From Eledone cirrhosa (taxonomy: Eukaryota), in the NCBI GenBank assembly GCA_964016885.1, contig OZ024742.1:20646001-20710000 (forward strand): a DNA stretch of 64,000 bases. Direction: 5' to 3'. Positions 11,186 to 23,951 of the stretch are shown here, piece after piece. Under the pieces are notes generated by a model. It was not told where the DNA came from. It did no database searches and saw nothing but the letters and a program-made list of their open reading frames with translations. Within the stretch, counting starts at the first letter, position 1. Each line of letters starts with the position of its first letter. Position numbers and translations under genes: made by a program.

Positions 11186-11428
11186 TGAAATTTTAGTTGT
11201 AAATTAATTTTATAATTTTCTTATTTTACGTCTCTCATATTATTTTTCTGCATCCCCATGCATTGAACTACAAAGTTACTAAGAGAAAACCTATATATTT
11301 GCTAGCATAAGTATGCATCTGTGTATATATGTTACTAGATATACTAATTCTTTATATATATATATACAAAGAATGAAAGAGAGAAGGAACAAAAGAAGGT
11401 GATAGAGATTGTGAACAGGCATGAGAGG

Positions 11429-11488
<60 letters not shown>

Positions 11489-11831
11489 TAGAGATAGATA
11501 GATAGATAGATAGATAGAGAGAGAGAGCTTTCTTTTCTCCATTTATAACAATCAGGGTGTAAAAAATGTTCATGTCAACAAGTTTTATCTGTTAATTTCT
11601 AGAATGTATCACACGTAACAATTTGCGGTTCTCTGGTTATTTGAAGTAGATTTCTTTTGTTGGTTCTTCTATCAAATATATTATCTCTAATTAACACTAA
11701 TTTCCTATAGTTCGTAATAAATGAGAGGCGGTCTCAGAAATATCTTCATACGTCGTTGAAAATATTTCCTAGATTTATCTCTTAATGAAGATAGCCAGGA
11801 TTTTAATAAATTTCAGTATATTTGTAAATTC

Positions 11832-11832
11832 G

Positions 11833-11866
<34 letters not shown>

Positions 11867-11898
11867 CGTCGTCGTCGTTGTCGTCGTCGTCGTCGTCG

Positions 11899-11963
<65 letters not shown>

Positions 11964-12007
11964 CTTCTTCTTCTTCTTCTTCTTCTTCTTCTTCTTCTTC
12001 TTCTTCT
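11832..12007. repeat. Compound trinucleotide microsatellite (GTT)n(GTC)n(GTT)n(CTT)n
   Basis: Directly visible. Confidence 0.97.
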
Positions 12008-12235
12008 CGCGAGTCTCACATCTACGTGTAGCCAACTCCATGTCGCTGGTGGTAAGTAGGAAGCTGGTCCTAGGGCCAAGTGCACCAGAAGTCTCCACTG
12101 CTACAGGCTCGACCGCAAACCTGTCAGAGAGCGATCGTTATTTGGAGAGTTTACCCTCCTCGGTCCGAAGTGCAGCAAGGCCTGGATTGCCCGCAGACTG
12201 CACTAAGTTGCCACTGGAGAAAGCGTCCCTGAGAT
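12008..12235 (-). pseudogene. Fragment of a CRE-like non-LTR retrotransposon, restriction-like endonuclease C-terminus
   Basis: Minus translation AALRTEEGKLSK*RSLSDRFAVEPVAVETSGALGPRTSFLL matches the E..K..KY...F.P.A.ET.G..G pattern; paralogue at 42450-42740. Confidence 0.65.
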
Positions 12236-12980
12236 AGATGTGATAATATCGCAGCTTAAAATAGTCATAGCATGACTTATATGTTTCTTGTACAGAAACA
12301 TACCTTATTTGTCTTCATATATACCTCTATTACGACGTTATTGTATCGGTGACCTTGCTACCATTTTGTTTTTTAAGTTAGTCTATCTAAAGTTATTATA
12401 CATATAACTATCTTAGACATTGGTAAGGCCCGATTTAAGGGCATTCGGCTACTATTTCTAGCATGATAATTACACAGAAGCTTCTTCAGTGACTACAGAA
12501 TAATTCTTAACGTTCCAACGTGCCTCTCTATATATAGTTGATGTATCAATGACTACTTGTTGGCGTCAATCAGTTGAAATATTACTGGATATTACCGGAG
12601 GCAGTACATTTCATTTAGTCGATTTATACAAGGGAGTGTTAGTTAATCAGACAACAAATAAACGGTAAAATAGACATTCGATTCATATCTAAAAGATGCT
12701 TTTATTTTCTCAAATCACTTTCATCCTCTTCAAGCCGTCCATTTATCTCACTATATCAATAATTGACTAATTATTGTCTACTTGATGAAGGATGAGGTGT
12801 AGTCATTTAAGAAATTATTTAATACAATGGGTAGCATGTTTAACGTTTATTAACTTGTTCATAGTATTGTGCGGTGTGTAAATAACTACATAAATATATG
12901 GCTATAAGTTAAATCATTTAAGTATACACATGTAAAGAGAATATAATCTCTACATATTTAGAACTCAGTCAACTGCTAGC

Positions 12981-12988
12981 ATATCTAC

Positions 12989-13032
<44 letters not shown>

Positions 13033-13033
13033 A

Positions 13034-13065
<32 letters not shown>
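12981..13065. repeat. (TATC)n microsatellite
   Basis: Directly visible. Confidence 0.95.
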
Positions 13066-13066
<1 letters not shown>

Positions 13067-13240
13067 GTACGTACTGAATCTAGAGCCACTACTGCGGAAC
13101 TTGGAGCTTCTGCAGGGCATCCCGTTGGAACCGGTACTGCAGAAAGCAGCGTCGGCTTATGCCGACGACTTGACAGTAATGGTGTCGGAAACCTCGGAAA
13201 TCGGGGCGTCCGGCAACTTACTGCAGGAATACGAAAGGCT
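13064..13240 (+). pseudogene. Tx1-family reverse transcriptase fragment around the YADD motif
   Basis: LYVLNLEPLLRNLELLQGIPLEPVLQKAASAYADDLTVMVSETSEIGASGNLLQEYERL aligns with ORF2 of the adjacent LINE, in the opposite orientation. Confidence 0.85.
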
Positions 13241-13473
13241 CACATATATATAGATAGATTTCTTTATTTACCATAAAGGCATAAAAAGAAGGGACAAATA
13301 CAAAGGGGGAGTTTACATATAATCGAGTAAAAAGGGTGTAACATGAAAATAATCGAAAATAACCTCAAAAGGGAGGGGACGTGATGGGGGTTGCACACAC
13401 CCCCGAAAAAGTGTGCAATCCTTTGCCCGGGGAGCACATGGAGAAGGTGCTCCCCTCTCCTTTACTTCTTTAC

Positions 13474-16400
13474 CTACAGGATGGTATACAGAGAAGGCCC
13501 ATTTACACGAGCCATTCTCGCCACTATCACCCACCTTTCATAAAACTGCCTGTGGCCAAGCACCTCTCTCTCCATTCTTATCCTTCTTCCGAAGTGATAT
13601 CGGAAGAAGTAGACCAGACTATGGCCAGAGAGGAAGTTGCCTGACCTCAGACCTTTCAATCGTGTCCACCAAACAACCTCTTTCAACATGGCTATTACGC
13701 ACAGAAAAACCGCCTTTGCTTCCTTTGTGAAGAGGGGAGGCGGTTTGATTGTCATCACGGACTCGGCTGTCAATTTAATCGGCGCCACCCGCGACAGCAG
13801 TTGTTCGGCGTAGCCCCACAGATCAGCCACGCCCGGACATTGCACCAATGCGTGCGCCACGGTTTCTTCGTGACGCACGCATCTAGGGCAAATCTTTTTT
13901 GAGGGATCCCTGCCCGGGCGCCCGTGTCTGTAGAGCCTCTCTCGAACGGGTAGAGCCCCCCGGTAGCACTGCCAGGCCAGTGACTTCTGGAAGTTGTCCA
14001 TTGGTCCTGGGCCGAAAGTCCTACCGAACAGGCTGGCCAGTTCGTCTTCTTCCATGTCCAGCGACTCTCCAAGGGTGTCATCGCCCCTGCTAGCCACCAG
14101 CCCTCTATAGAATGATGAGGTGGATTCTCCACCGATGGCCCGGCCCGCTTGCCAGAGAGCCCTGAGCGCCTGAGCACACTCAGTGTGCCAGTCTCCCAGT
14201 TTTCCGGATCTTTGCTTGACCCAGGACTGTAGCTCGGTGAGTGAGACGAGTCTCGGAAAGGCTCGTTTCACGAACGGAGCCCACACCGGTTGACCAGTGA
14301 GGAATACCTGTAGGTGCCGTAGCCTTAATGCGTGCCTACGCATCATCAACCACGGCATCCCCAGCCCTCCTTTCGAAGGTTGTTGGCAGCAGATGGATCT
14401 TCTCACCATAGGAGGACGCTTCTTCCAAAGAAATTGGAAGAGCATGCGTTCCATGGTGGTGAGTGTTTCCTTAGGGCAAGGCACGACAGTCAGGCGGTAG
14501 TAAGTGACGGACGCTATGTAAATGTTCGCCACCTCCGCCCGGCCTTTTAGGGACAGCTTACACTTGGCCCATTTCTGGGTTAGTGCAAACACCTTGTTCG
14601 TAACCTCGTTCCAGTTCTTTTCCACCTGGAGGTCCGGTCCAAACCAGACCCCAAGCAACTTTACCGGGCCCTCCGTCCAGTGTCCGACGACACCATCGGG
14701 AGGCATCGGTCTGCCTCTCCACGTTCCGAGTTGCAGCCCGATGGATTTTTCCCGGTTCAGTTTCGCTCCTGACAACCTTTCGTACTCCTCCAGTAAGGTA
14801 CCGATCGCCTCGATCTCCGAGTCGGTTGATACCATTACTGTTACGTCATCGGCGTAGGCCGACACCGCTTTGCTCAATCCTGGTTCCAGGGGGATACCCT
14901 GCAACAACTCCAACTTCCTCAGTAAAGGCTCGAGAGTCAATACGTACAGAAGGGAGGAGAGAGGGCACCCCTGTCGAATGGATCGTGTGATTTCGAACGG
15001 CTTCGAAAGGTAGCCGTTCACCTTGATCCTAGAACAGATGTGGTTGCTATGTAGGGCAGTGATCCAGCCTCTGAAAACAGGACCGAACCCAGCCGCCGCT
15101 AGCACCGCATCCAGGTAACCATGGTCGACCCTATCGAAGGCCTTAGACTGATCCAAGTTGATCAGGGCCCCACCGAAGCCGGGTTTGTTGCCAACCCTCT
15201 CTATGATGTATCGCATGAGGTGGAGGTTATCGTGAATGGACCTGGATGGGATAGCACATGTCTGCGCATCTCCCACCAGGCCACCCACGACAAGCGCCAA
15301 CCTCTTTGCTAACACCTTGGCCAAAATCTTTAACTCTGTGTTTAGCAGGGTTATGGGCCGAAAATTATTTATACTATCCCCCTTGTTCTCGTCCTTCCTC
15401 ACCAGCGTGACTACGCCCTTGGCTACAGAACAAGGAATTCTCCCGTTCTGCTGCCAATTGCAGTAGACCGCTTCGAGGAGTTCGGAGAAGAAGACCGGCA
15501 TTGCTAAATAAAGTTCGTAAGGTATACCATCGAGACCTGGAGATTTGCGTCTGCTGCATTGGCTCAGCGCATCTCCGATCTCATCAGCCGAGATTGGTCC
15601 CTCGCAGGACTCCGCCTCTTTGTTCGAGAGACGCGGCAGGCCGTCGAGGTATGGACCGAAATTCACGCCCCGGCCCGGACCCTCGCCTCCCCCGAACAAT
15701 CGGGCAAAGTGCTTTTGAAAGGCCTCGCACATCTGCTTAGGCTCCCGGATCACTCGTCCATCTTCGTCTTGCAACGACCGGATGGTGGATCGATTTCCAC
15801 TTTTAGCTTCTGTCACGCGGGCCCATCCAACGGCTTTGGCCCCCTCATTACCTAGAGCACGTATTTTACTTCGAATGACGCAGCCTTCATGCTTTGCATC
15901 GAAAAACTGGTTCAAGGCCGTCCTCGATGCCAGCACTCTGGCCACATCTTCGCTCTTGATTGCCTCTTCTAATTTACCTGTTAATTCTTTCTCGTTTCTA
16001 TTCCTATTGGCAGCTAACATCTTGCTATAGCTTATTGATTCTGTTCTAATCTCTCTTTTGAGAGATGCCCACCATCGGTTGTTGACGATTGCACCCGTCA
16101 ACCTCTCCTTAACTAATCTGCTAATCCGGTTTCTGTAAGTCTCTTTTGCCGGTAAAGACAAATTAAGTTTCCAGTAACCGGGACCCTGTCTATGTGTTTT
16201 CTCGAGATTGACCACGCAGGTCACTAATTTGTGATCCGTGTAGCCAACCGTGCGCATTTCTGGACAGCTTAATATGTCCCTATCCTTACTTCTAACTAAG
16301 AATCTATCTAAGTACGATCTAGATTGACCACTGTGGTTTCTCCAAGTCCAGGTAGGCACAGTTGGAAAATCTAGTCGATATCTATCGACCAAGTTAAAAC

Positions 16401-16911
16401 GGTCGAGTAACCCCTTGAGGCTGTTACACCCCCCTCTATTAGGACATGCTCCTGCATAGTCCCAACGTGCATCTAGGATGTCATTCCAATCCCCCGCTAG
16501 AAGCAGGGAACGCGACGTTCCCAGAAAAGTCTCCAAACGCTGGAAGAAGTCGGGCCGTTCAGCTCCGAAAGGGGAGTAGACGGCGACCAGTCTCAAGGCC
16601 GCACTTTCACTACTGCCAACGTCTAGCACCAACAAACGACCCTCCGGGTCCGAGTGCACAACCTGTACGGCAAGACCCAGGTGTTTTTGCAGCAGCACGA
16701 CAACCCCACCCCCACCTCCAGGTTGACAGAGAGATGCATGCACCTCAAAGTCATCGAAGGTGGGGGCCAGCTGCCGCATGACGCTGATTCGAGTCTCACA
16801 GATAACCATTACATTTATACTACATGACCTGAGGTCATTTAGAAGCTTTGCTTGCTTCCAAGTTGAGCCCAGGCCACGTGCATTCAAACATCCTACTCTT
16901 AACACATCCAT
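13474..16911 (-). CDS. LINE ORF2p: APE endonuclease, reverse transcriptase and C-terminal zinc-finger domain (1145 aa)
   Basis: APE motifs LNARG, ICET, GDWN, YLDRF, TDH; RT motifs KSPGLDG, FRPITLLN, LDQSKAFDRV, RQGCPLS, YADD; C-terminal CPRC...ETVAHALVQC. Confidence 0.96.
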   Translation of the reverse strand: MDVLRVGCLNARGLGSTWKQAKLLNDLRSCSINVMVICETRISVMRQLAPTFDDFEVHASLCQPGGGGGVVVLLQKHLGLAVQVVHSDPEGRLLVLDVGSSESAALRLVAVYSPFGAERPDFFQRLETFLGTSRSLLLAGDWNDILDARWDYAGACPNRGGCNSLKGLLDRFNLVDRYRLDFPTVPTWTWRNHSGQSRSYLDRFLVRSKDRDILSCPEMRTVGYTDHKLVTCVVNLEKTHRQGPGYWKLNLSLPAKETYRNRISRLVKERLTGAIVNNRWWASLKREIRTESISYSKMLAANRNRNEKELTGKLEEAIKSEDVARVLASRTALNQFFDAKHEGCVIRSKIRALGNEGAKAVGWARVTEAKSGNRSTIRSLQDEDGRVIREPKQMCEAFQKHFARLFGGGEGPGRGVNFGPYLDGLPRLSNKEAESCEGPISADEIGDALSQCSRRKSPGLDGIPYELYLAMPVFFSELLEAVYCNWQQNGRIPCSVAKGVVTLVRKDENKGDSINNFRPITLLNTELKILAKVLAKRLALVVGGLVGDAQTCAIPSRSIHDNLHLMRYIIERVGNKPGFGGALINLDQSKAFDRVDHGYLDAVLAAAGFGPVFRGWITALHSNHICSRIKVNGYLSKPFEITRSIRQGCPLSSLLYVLTLEPLLRKLELLQGIPLEPGLSKAVSAYADDVTVMVSTDSEIEAIGTLLEEYERLSGAKLNREKSIGLQLGTWRGRPMPPDGVVGHWTEGPVKLLGVWFGPDLQVEKNWNEVTNKVFALTQKWAKCKLSLKGRAEVANIYIASVTYYRLTVVPCPKETLTTMERMLFQFLWKKRPPMVRRSICCQQPSKGGLGMPWLMMRRHALRLRHLQVFLTGQPVWAPFVKRAFPRLVSLTELQSWVKQRSGKLGDWHTECAQALRALWQAGRAIGGESTSSFYRGLVASRGDDTLGESLDMEEDELASLFGRTFGPGPMDNFQKSLAWQCYRGALPVRERLYRHGRPGRDPSKKICPRCVRHEETVAHALVQCPGVADLWGYAEQLLSRVAPIKLTAESVMTIKPPPLFTKEAKAVFLCVIAMLKEVVWWTRLKGLRSGNFLSGHSLVYFFRYHFGRRIRMEREVLGHRQFYERWVIVARMARVNGPSLYTIL

Positions 16912-16944
16912 GTGGGCGGCAGAGCCAAAGGAGAGTGTAGAGAC

Positions 16945-18633
16945 CTACCTTTCCGCTTCCCGGGGTTCGGGTTGCACGACTTCCATGGGGTCGGGGGTGT
17001 TGGGTGAAGGGGTGTCTTGTGGTGGTGTGGGGTCGTCGGTGTGTGGTGGGGTTGGGGTGTTTGGAGTTGTGTTGGGGAGGGGAAGGGGAGGGGGAAAGCT
17101 TTTTAGTAGGACGCGGTTTATGGGTTTGACAGAGGGTGGTCCTACGTCCTCCTTAAAATCCTTTTTTAGTTTTTGGTAGAGGTTCATTGGGATTTTTATT
17201 AGTTTTAAATGTGGGTGGTTTTCTGATGAAACAAAGTTTACACCTTCGGTTTGTACCGAAGGATTATTGTATATGAGTTCATTTAATTTATTATTGTTTC
17301 TGTTGATGTAAGTATAGTGTAATGTCTTTTTTTCCGATGGTGTGAGTGTTTCGAAGAGGGGAGGGGCAGGTTTGGTTTTGTTTGTTGCTGGAGGGGTGTT
17401 TTCTGTTTTGTTAGATTGTGTTGCGATTTGGGTGGGGGTTGTTTGTCCTTGTGTGTTTTGCACATGTTTTCTTTTTTTCCTTTTAATCTGTCTGAAGGAC
17501 TCCGTTTCTTCCTCCGAATTCGTTGGGTTATCTTCAGTGTTGGAGGGAAGAGGTATGTTTGCTGGTAATGTTTCCGTGTTGGTTTTCTTTGTGGGGGAGA
17601 TGGATGTCACTATGTTAGACTGTGTTGTGTGTTGTGTCTGCGGTGGTTGTGTTGTTTTATTGAGTGAGAGGTTGGGTGGGCCTGTATTTTGTTTTGGGGT
17701 AATGTGTTGTGACTGTTTGTGTTGTGGTGGTGTTGTGGTGTTACTGAGGGACGGGTTGGGTGGGACTGAGTTTTGTTGTTTGTTTATCTGTTGTGGTGGT
17801 GGTGGTGGAGCTGGTGTTGGTAGCAGGGTTTTCTTTTTGTTGAGTTGGGGACAAGCGGCCTTCAGGTGCCCTCTGCCTGCACAGATATGGCAGGACGGCC
17901 TTCTCCCCTCCACGCTAATGTTTATATACCCGTGGTCCTCTAATAGGATTCTGTCGGGTATTTGGGCGATGCGTTCAGGCTTCATTTGTACTACCAGCTC
18001 TATACCTGTTCCACTGAACGCATTGCCTGTGGTTTTCCCAATGGAAATCACGTTGTCATTCACTGGATCGATGAAGCCAGCTATGAGCCAGCAGTAGTCC
18101 ACATCTGGCATCATTGCATCCAGCCATATGCGTTGAGTTTTTTTCCCCATATAAGATGGATAAAAGGTGAAATTTTTCGAACGAATCGGTGACAAAGCAC
18201 ATTTTTTTGCCGCCGATTCGTTCTTCATGATAATTGCTAGGCTTCCATACAGTCTGTCTTTTCTTATGAAAGTTGTTTCATTCAGTACTTCTGCGAGTAC
18301 TGTTTTGATATCTGCTTGAGAAGGCTGTTCAGGTTTTTTTGTACTGTTGTTGATGGTCCGAAACTTGACCGTTCGGCTTTCAATGTCTTTCGTGAATTCT
18401 TGAGGCATTTTTACCAATAAAATACCATTCTCACCTTCACTTATGTATTGTTTTGCGTCCGTGATCCTTCGTACCACATCTGAAATGTTTTCCGCTATAT
18501 AAGTCAAAGATTTCTTTGTTTTCTGTGCAAAAGAAATCTTGTCGTCTGCTTTGTTTTCTGATATTATGTTATTTTCAACTGTTATTTTTTTGTTTGTTGT
18601 GTCTTTGTTTGTGTTATTAGTATTGTCATGCAA
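16945..18633 (-). CDS. LINE ORF1p, gag-like with CCHC zinc knuckle (562 aa)
   Basis: CHICAGRGHLKAAC knuckle, Pro/Thr-rich region and basic KRKKRK; lies immediately upstream of ORF2; homologues at 38580-40466 and 58206-59165. Confidence 0.9.
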   Translation of the reverse strand: MHDNTNNTNKDTTNKKITVENNIISENKADDKISFAQKTKKSLTYIAENISDVVRRITDAKQYISEGENGILLVKMPQEFTKDIESRTVKFRTINNSTKKPEQPSQADIKTVLAEVLNETTFIRKDRLYGSLAIIMKNESAAKKCALSPIRSKNFTFYPSYMGKKTQRIWLDAMMPDVDYCWLIAGFIDPVNDNVISIGKTTGNAFSGTGIELVVQMKPERIAQIPDRILLEDHGYINISVEGRRPSCHICAGRGHLKAACPQLNKKKTLLPTPAPPPPPQQINKQQNSVPPNPSLSNTTTPPQHKQSQHITPKQNTGPPNLSLNKTTQPPQTQHTTQSNIVTSISPTKKTNTETLPANIPLPSNTEDNPTNSEEETESFRQIKRKKRKHVQNTQGQTTPTQIATQSNKTENTPPATNKTKPAPPLFETLTPSEKKTLHYTYINRNNNKLNELIYNNPSVQTEGVNFVSSENHPHLKLIKIPMNLYQKLKKDFKEDVGPPSVKPINRVLLKSFPPPLPLPNTTPNTPTPPHTDDPTPPQDTPSPNTPDPMEVVQPEPREAER

Positions 18634-19148
18634 TTTTTCAAATTTTTTTTTTTCGTTGTTTTCGTCATTTAATTTTTTTTTCCTCCGCAGATTCGTCCGT
18701 TTTTATTTTCATTTTTCCTTCCTTCTCTATGACGTTAGTTGGGAAGGAAGGGAGGACTAAAGCGTGCGAGCTTACAACTCTTACCGCTGTCCCCCCACCA
18801 CTATTTTCGTTCGCTGCGTTTAACATTTCTGTTAGACGATTGAAATTTTTTACACAAAATTTTTTAAAACAGGTTTTTCACCTCTAGGAGGGGTAAAGAT
18901 GAGCTGACCCACCGCCTGACAGTTCAGACGGAGGGTCAAGCTACACAATTGTATCAAAATTAAGTTTGAACTCACAAAATTTCCTCAATAAATTTGAACA
19001 AAACTTCTGTGCGAAGTGAATGACATCCACACTGTAGAACAGACGACAGCTAGATTGACACATATATATAGATAGATGTGTAGTTAGGTATGTATGTATG
19101 TATGTATGTATGTATGTATGTATGTATGTATGTATGTATGTATGTATG

Positions 19149-19182
<34 letters not shown>

Positions 19183-19266
19183 ATATTTATAGACAGTTAA
19201 GCACTATGGTTATGTTTGGAACATTACTAAACCATTTAAGCTTAAGCGTAGGGATAAATAGCACTA

Positions 19267-19313
<47 letters not shown>

Positions 19314-19467
19314 ATACTACTACCGACCACCAGCAGCAGCAGCAGCAGCACCACCACCACCACTACACCACTACCTCCACCACATTCTTATATTATACGT
19401 ACATATGCATATTTATATATTTATATATAGTTATATATATGTATATATAAATATATGTGCATATATC

Positions 19468-19539
<72 letters not shown>

Positions 19540-19542
<3 letters not shown>

Positions 19543-20307
19543 TATTGTTGTACTTGCGGAGGGTCATATTTGTGTAATATTGCCAGAATTAATAACAGAA
19601 CACACTCACTGTTTGGTTGGTTTTCTCTTCTCGCTGTCTTTTATATCTGCGATCTAACTTACTCGGTCCTCAATGTTGCCGTTGACTGACCGATGGTCAA
19701 AAATAATACAGATACAATATAGACACAAACACATATATATAGTTTACATAATTTACATAAATCTTTCGTTGCACATCTGCAACATCGTCAGTGGTGTTAT
19801 ATTTTTTCCTCTTGTTGTGTTGTATGTCTACGCCATTTTTTATTCAGTCTGTCGATATATTTATTTATTTATTTGCTTGTTTGTTTATTTTATTTTGTCT
19901 TCTTTGCGCATGCGTTTGCGTGTGTGTATAGTGTTATGTTTGCTGTGTGACTAGTGTGTATAGTGTTGTGTTTGCTGGGTGACTAGTGTGTGTTTATGTG
20001 CTTGTTGTTATTGTGCTTGTGTATGTATTTATTTATCTTATTTTATTTACTTATTTATACTTCTCTTAGGTCAGTGTTGTTTGTTTGGGTGTTGTTGTTG
20101 TTATATAATTATATATATATATATATAATTATATATATATATATAATTATATATATATATATATATAATTATATATATATATATATATAATTATATATAT
20201 ATATATATACATTTATATTTATATATATACATTTATATATATATTTATATTTATATATATCTATATATATACATTTATATATATATTTATATCTATATTT
20301 ATATTTA

Positions 20308-20338
<31 letters not shown>

Positions 20339-20440
20339 TGTTATACTTGGGGAGGGTCATATTGTTGTAATAATATTGCCAGAATTAATAACCGAACACA
20401 CTCACTGTTTGGTTGGTTTTCGCTTCTGTATCTTTTATAT
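19540..20440 (-). mobile_element. PLE pLTR-like remnants, direct repeats at about 19540-19650 and 20335-20440, with a decayed HHR core at 19764-19791
   Basis: TATATTGTT.TACTTG.GGAGGGTCAT is shared with 35398; minus strand CUGACGA-U-GUUGCA(GAUG)UGCAAC-GAAA. Confidence 0.55.
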
Positions 20441-20709
20441 CTTACATATATATGTATATAGATTACATCTCTCCAATTATATGTTAGGAGATGTAAAACT
20501 TTGAAATTATAGGTTTACTGGATAAGGAATAACTTGAGATTTAACAAATGCAAGAACCAGAATAAAGTTATGCTTAGTAATTCTAACATTTTCACACAGT
20601 CTTACTCTAATGGTTATGTGAAACATTGAGGCTCAACTCGCTTAATACCTGCAACGCAAGTAAAATGCATGAACAACAGTAGCATTCAATGTTTTTGCGA
20701 TTAGCAAAT

Positions 20710-21172
<463 letters not shown>

Positions 21173-21630
21173 CAAAGAGATATTTTCCAACATAATATAT
21201 TTAACAAAAGTCACATCAAAATCTTCTCTGATATTCTTATCTACAATTGTATTTTATCGGATAATCTCCTAAAGTAAATACTCGTTAATGTATTTCATCT
21301 TGTATATATGTGTTCCTGCTTCACATCATATAACCTTTCTCTTGTATACTGGTGGGAAGATCGATAAGTATAGGTCAATCTATCAAATACTAGAACTAAT
21401 GGTATTTTATTTCATTCCGATCCCTACAGATATCAAATCATTCCGTGTTGTGTTTTGCTATGTGTAAGCAGCATCTAATCTATGATTAGAGATGCAGGCA
21501 CCAAGTTCACAGGTATATTAGGATAATACAGATAATATTAATAATTCGAACAATATTCCAGCCTAATGCTTTCCATATAGCAATTGAGGATTCGCAGAAC
21601 ACTTTTTTCTGGTATTAGCAAATACTTATG

Positions 21631-21664
<34 letters not shown>

Positions 21665-21862
21665 TATTAGGTATAGGATTATCCAAGATGTAGTAATGGT
21701 TAATTACTACACTGGATATGGTTGACGTACGGTAAGAGGTTACTCTACGAGTTATGGAAGAATTGTTGAAGAAACTTAGTTCCTGATCCTTCTGTATTCC
21801 GGAGTGTATATAATGAATGAATAATAACAGGTAGACATCATAAAAGGGTAATTTATTCCGTG

Positions 21863-21974
21863 TGCTTACAAGTGTTTCCACGGTGGTACTACAGCCTAGT
21901 TATGCTATGTGCAAATTCACAAGTACTTGCAGAACTCAAATATCCAATGCTGTGACCACTGTTTCCTCAGAGCA
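21863..21974 (-). ncRNA. Type I hammerhead with extended stem II in the PLE 3' UTR
   Basis: Minus strand: UGCU-CUGAGGA-A-ACAGUGGUCACAGC...GCUGUAGUACCACCGU-G-GAAA-CACUUG-UA-AGCA; GUA triplet. Confidence 0.75.
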
Positions 21975-22464
21975 GAATGGTAAAATGTACAATGTAAATA
22001 CCCTTAAGTGGGGTTGTTGGGGAAGATAGAGTAGAAAAGGAAGAGAGAAAAGTAGGGGAGAGGGAGAGATAGAGAAAGATATGCAGAGGCTGGAGAAGTA
22101 GGAGAGAGTGGTTTGTAGATATCTTAATCAAAATGTTATGGTAGGGGTTTTATTATACTGGTTACTTTTGGAGAGATGCGTTGATAGTTAAGGTCGGAAT
22201 TATTTATTGCCCCAGATGGCAGGTTCATAGATGTTGAGAGGGAGGTAGGCCAAAGGCAAGAGACAGAGAGTGTAATGGATGTAGAGAGAGAGGTAGAGAA
22301 GGGACAGACGAAGTTTGTGTGGTGAGTGAACTTTGGGTTTGTAGTAGTAATCTAGGAATTGCACTGAGTTACCATTTATAGTGATAAGCAGTGTATTGTC
22401 TTGTAGTGTGGGGGTAAGAGGAGGTGGTTAGCTAGAAAGCGGGTTATAGTTACGGGTTCGAATG

Positions 22465-23080
<616 letters not shown>

Positions 23081-23081
23081 C

Positions 23082-23126
<45 letters not shown>

Positions 23127-23871
23127 GATAATTTAATATATCTACTAACATAAGCGCACAGATGTATGCTATTGCCAGCAAATACACAGGTTATGTCATA
23201 GTACCTAGGTGGTTCAATGCAGGAGAATGCAGAACAATAATATATAAGACGTAAAATAAGAAAATTTCTTAAAAAAAAATTGTTTCTAAAAAATTAACTT
23301 ACTTACTTAAATGTTCACTCCAACTAATTAGTTTCTGCAATGGGATAAAGAGAGTTACGTAATGAACTGTTGAGAATTTCATTGCGTCATCAGGGTGGTC
23401 ATTCTCAGCCGAGTCTCCAGGCGATGCGCGGACACTGGGGACTCATATAAAAATAATAATAATTCGGCAACTGGAACAGCTATCGAGGACTGGATTCCAG
23501 CTACTGAAAATTCTCACTGCCACTGATCATATGGCCGATTCTAAAGAATCAATCACGTGACACAGAGGCTAGTCAGTAGGAATGGGATGGTAAGATGACA
23601 GACGCCTACTAACACCCCCCAAAAAAATTTAGAAGTGGTTTTGGCAGGTTTGCTCGACAAATCAGTGATTTGAAAATAAATATAGATAATGTAATATATC
23701 TACTAACATAAGCGCACAGATGTACGCTAATGCCAGCAAATACACAGGTTATGTCATAGTACCTAGGTGGTTCAATGCAGGAGAGTGCAGAACAATAATA
23801 TATAAGACGTAAAATAAGAAAATTTCTTAAAAAAAAATTTTTTCTACAAAATTAACTTACTTAAATTTTCA

Positions 23872-23951
23872 CTCCAACTAATTAGTTTCTGCAATAGGAT
23901 AAAGACAGTTACGTAATGAACTGTTGAGAATTTCATTGCGTCATCAGGGAG
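23872..23951 (-). ncRNA. Variant type I hammerhead, representative of one per 557-bp monomer
   Basis: Plus strand CTCCAACTAATTAGTTTCTGCAAT...CATTGCGTCATCAGGGAG recurs in the units. Confidence 0.7.

Larger units (their letters stand above)
10033..11350 (+). repeat. Hammerhead-bearing repeat: inverted partial unit (10033-10320) plus about 2 tandem 521-bp units (10323-11350), flanked by (TA)n
   Basis: CAAATTATTTTGTCGAGC at 10323 and 10844; left segment is the reverse complement; homologous to the 557-bp array. Confidence 0.9.
13260..19058 (-). mobile_element. Full-length Tx1/L1-clade LINE with intact ORF1 and ORF2 and a 19-bp target-site duplication
   Basis: CACATATATATAGATAGAT at 13241-13259 and 19059-19077; AATAAA at the 3' end; two long ORFs 33 nt apart. 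Confidence 0.93.

Noticed and set aside
13313-18760. Many short overlapping or antisense ORFs
   Set aside because: Alternative frames of the GC-richer LINE ORF1 and ORF2
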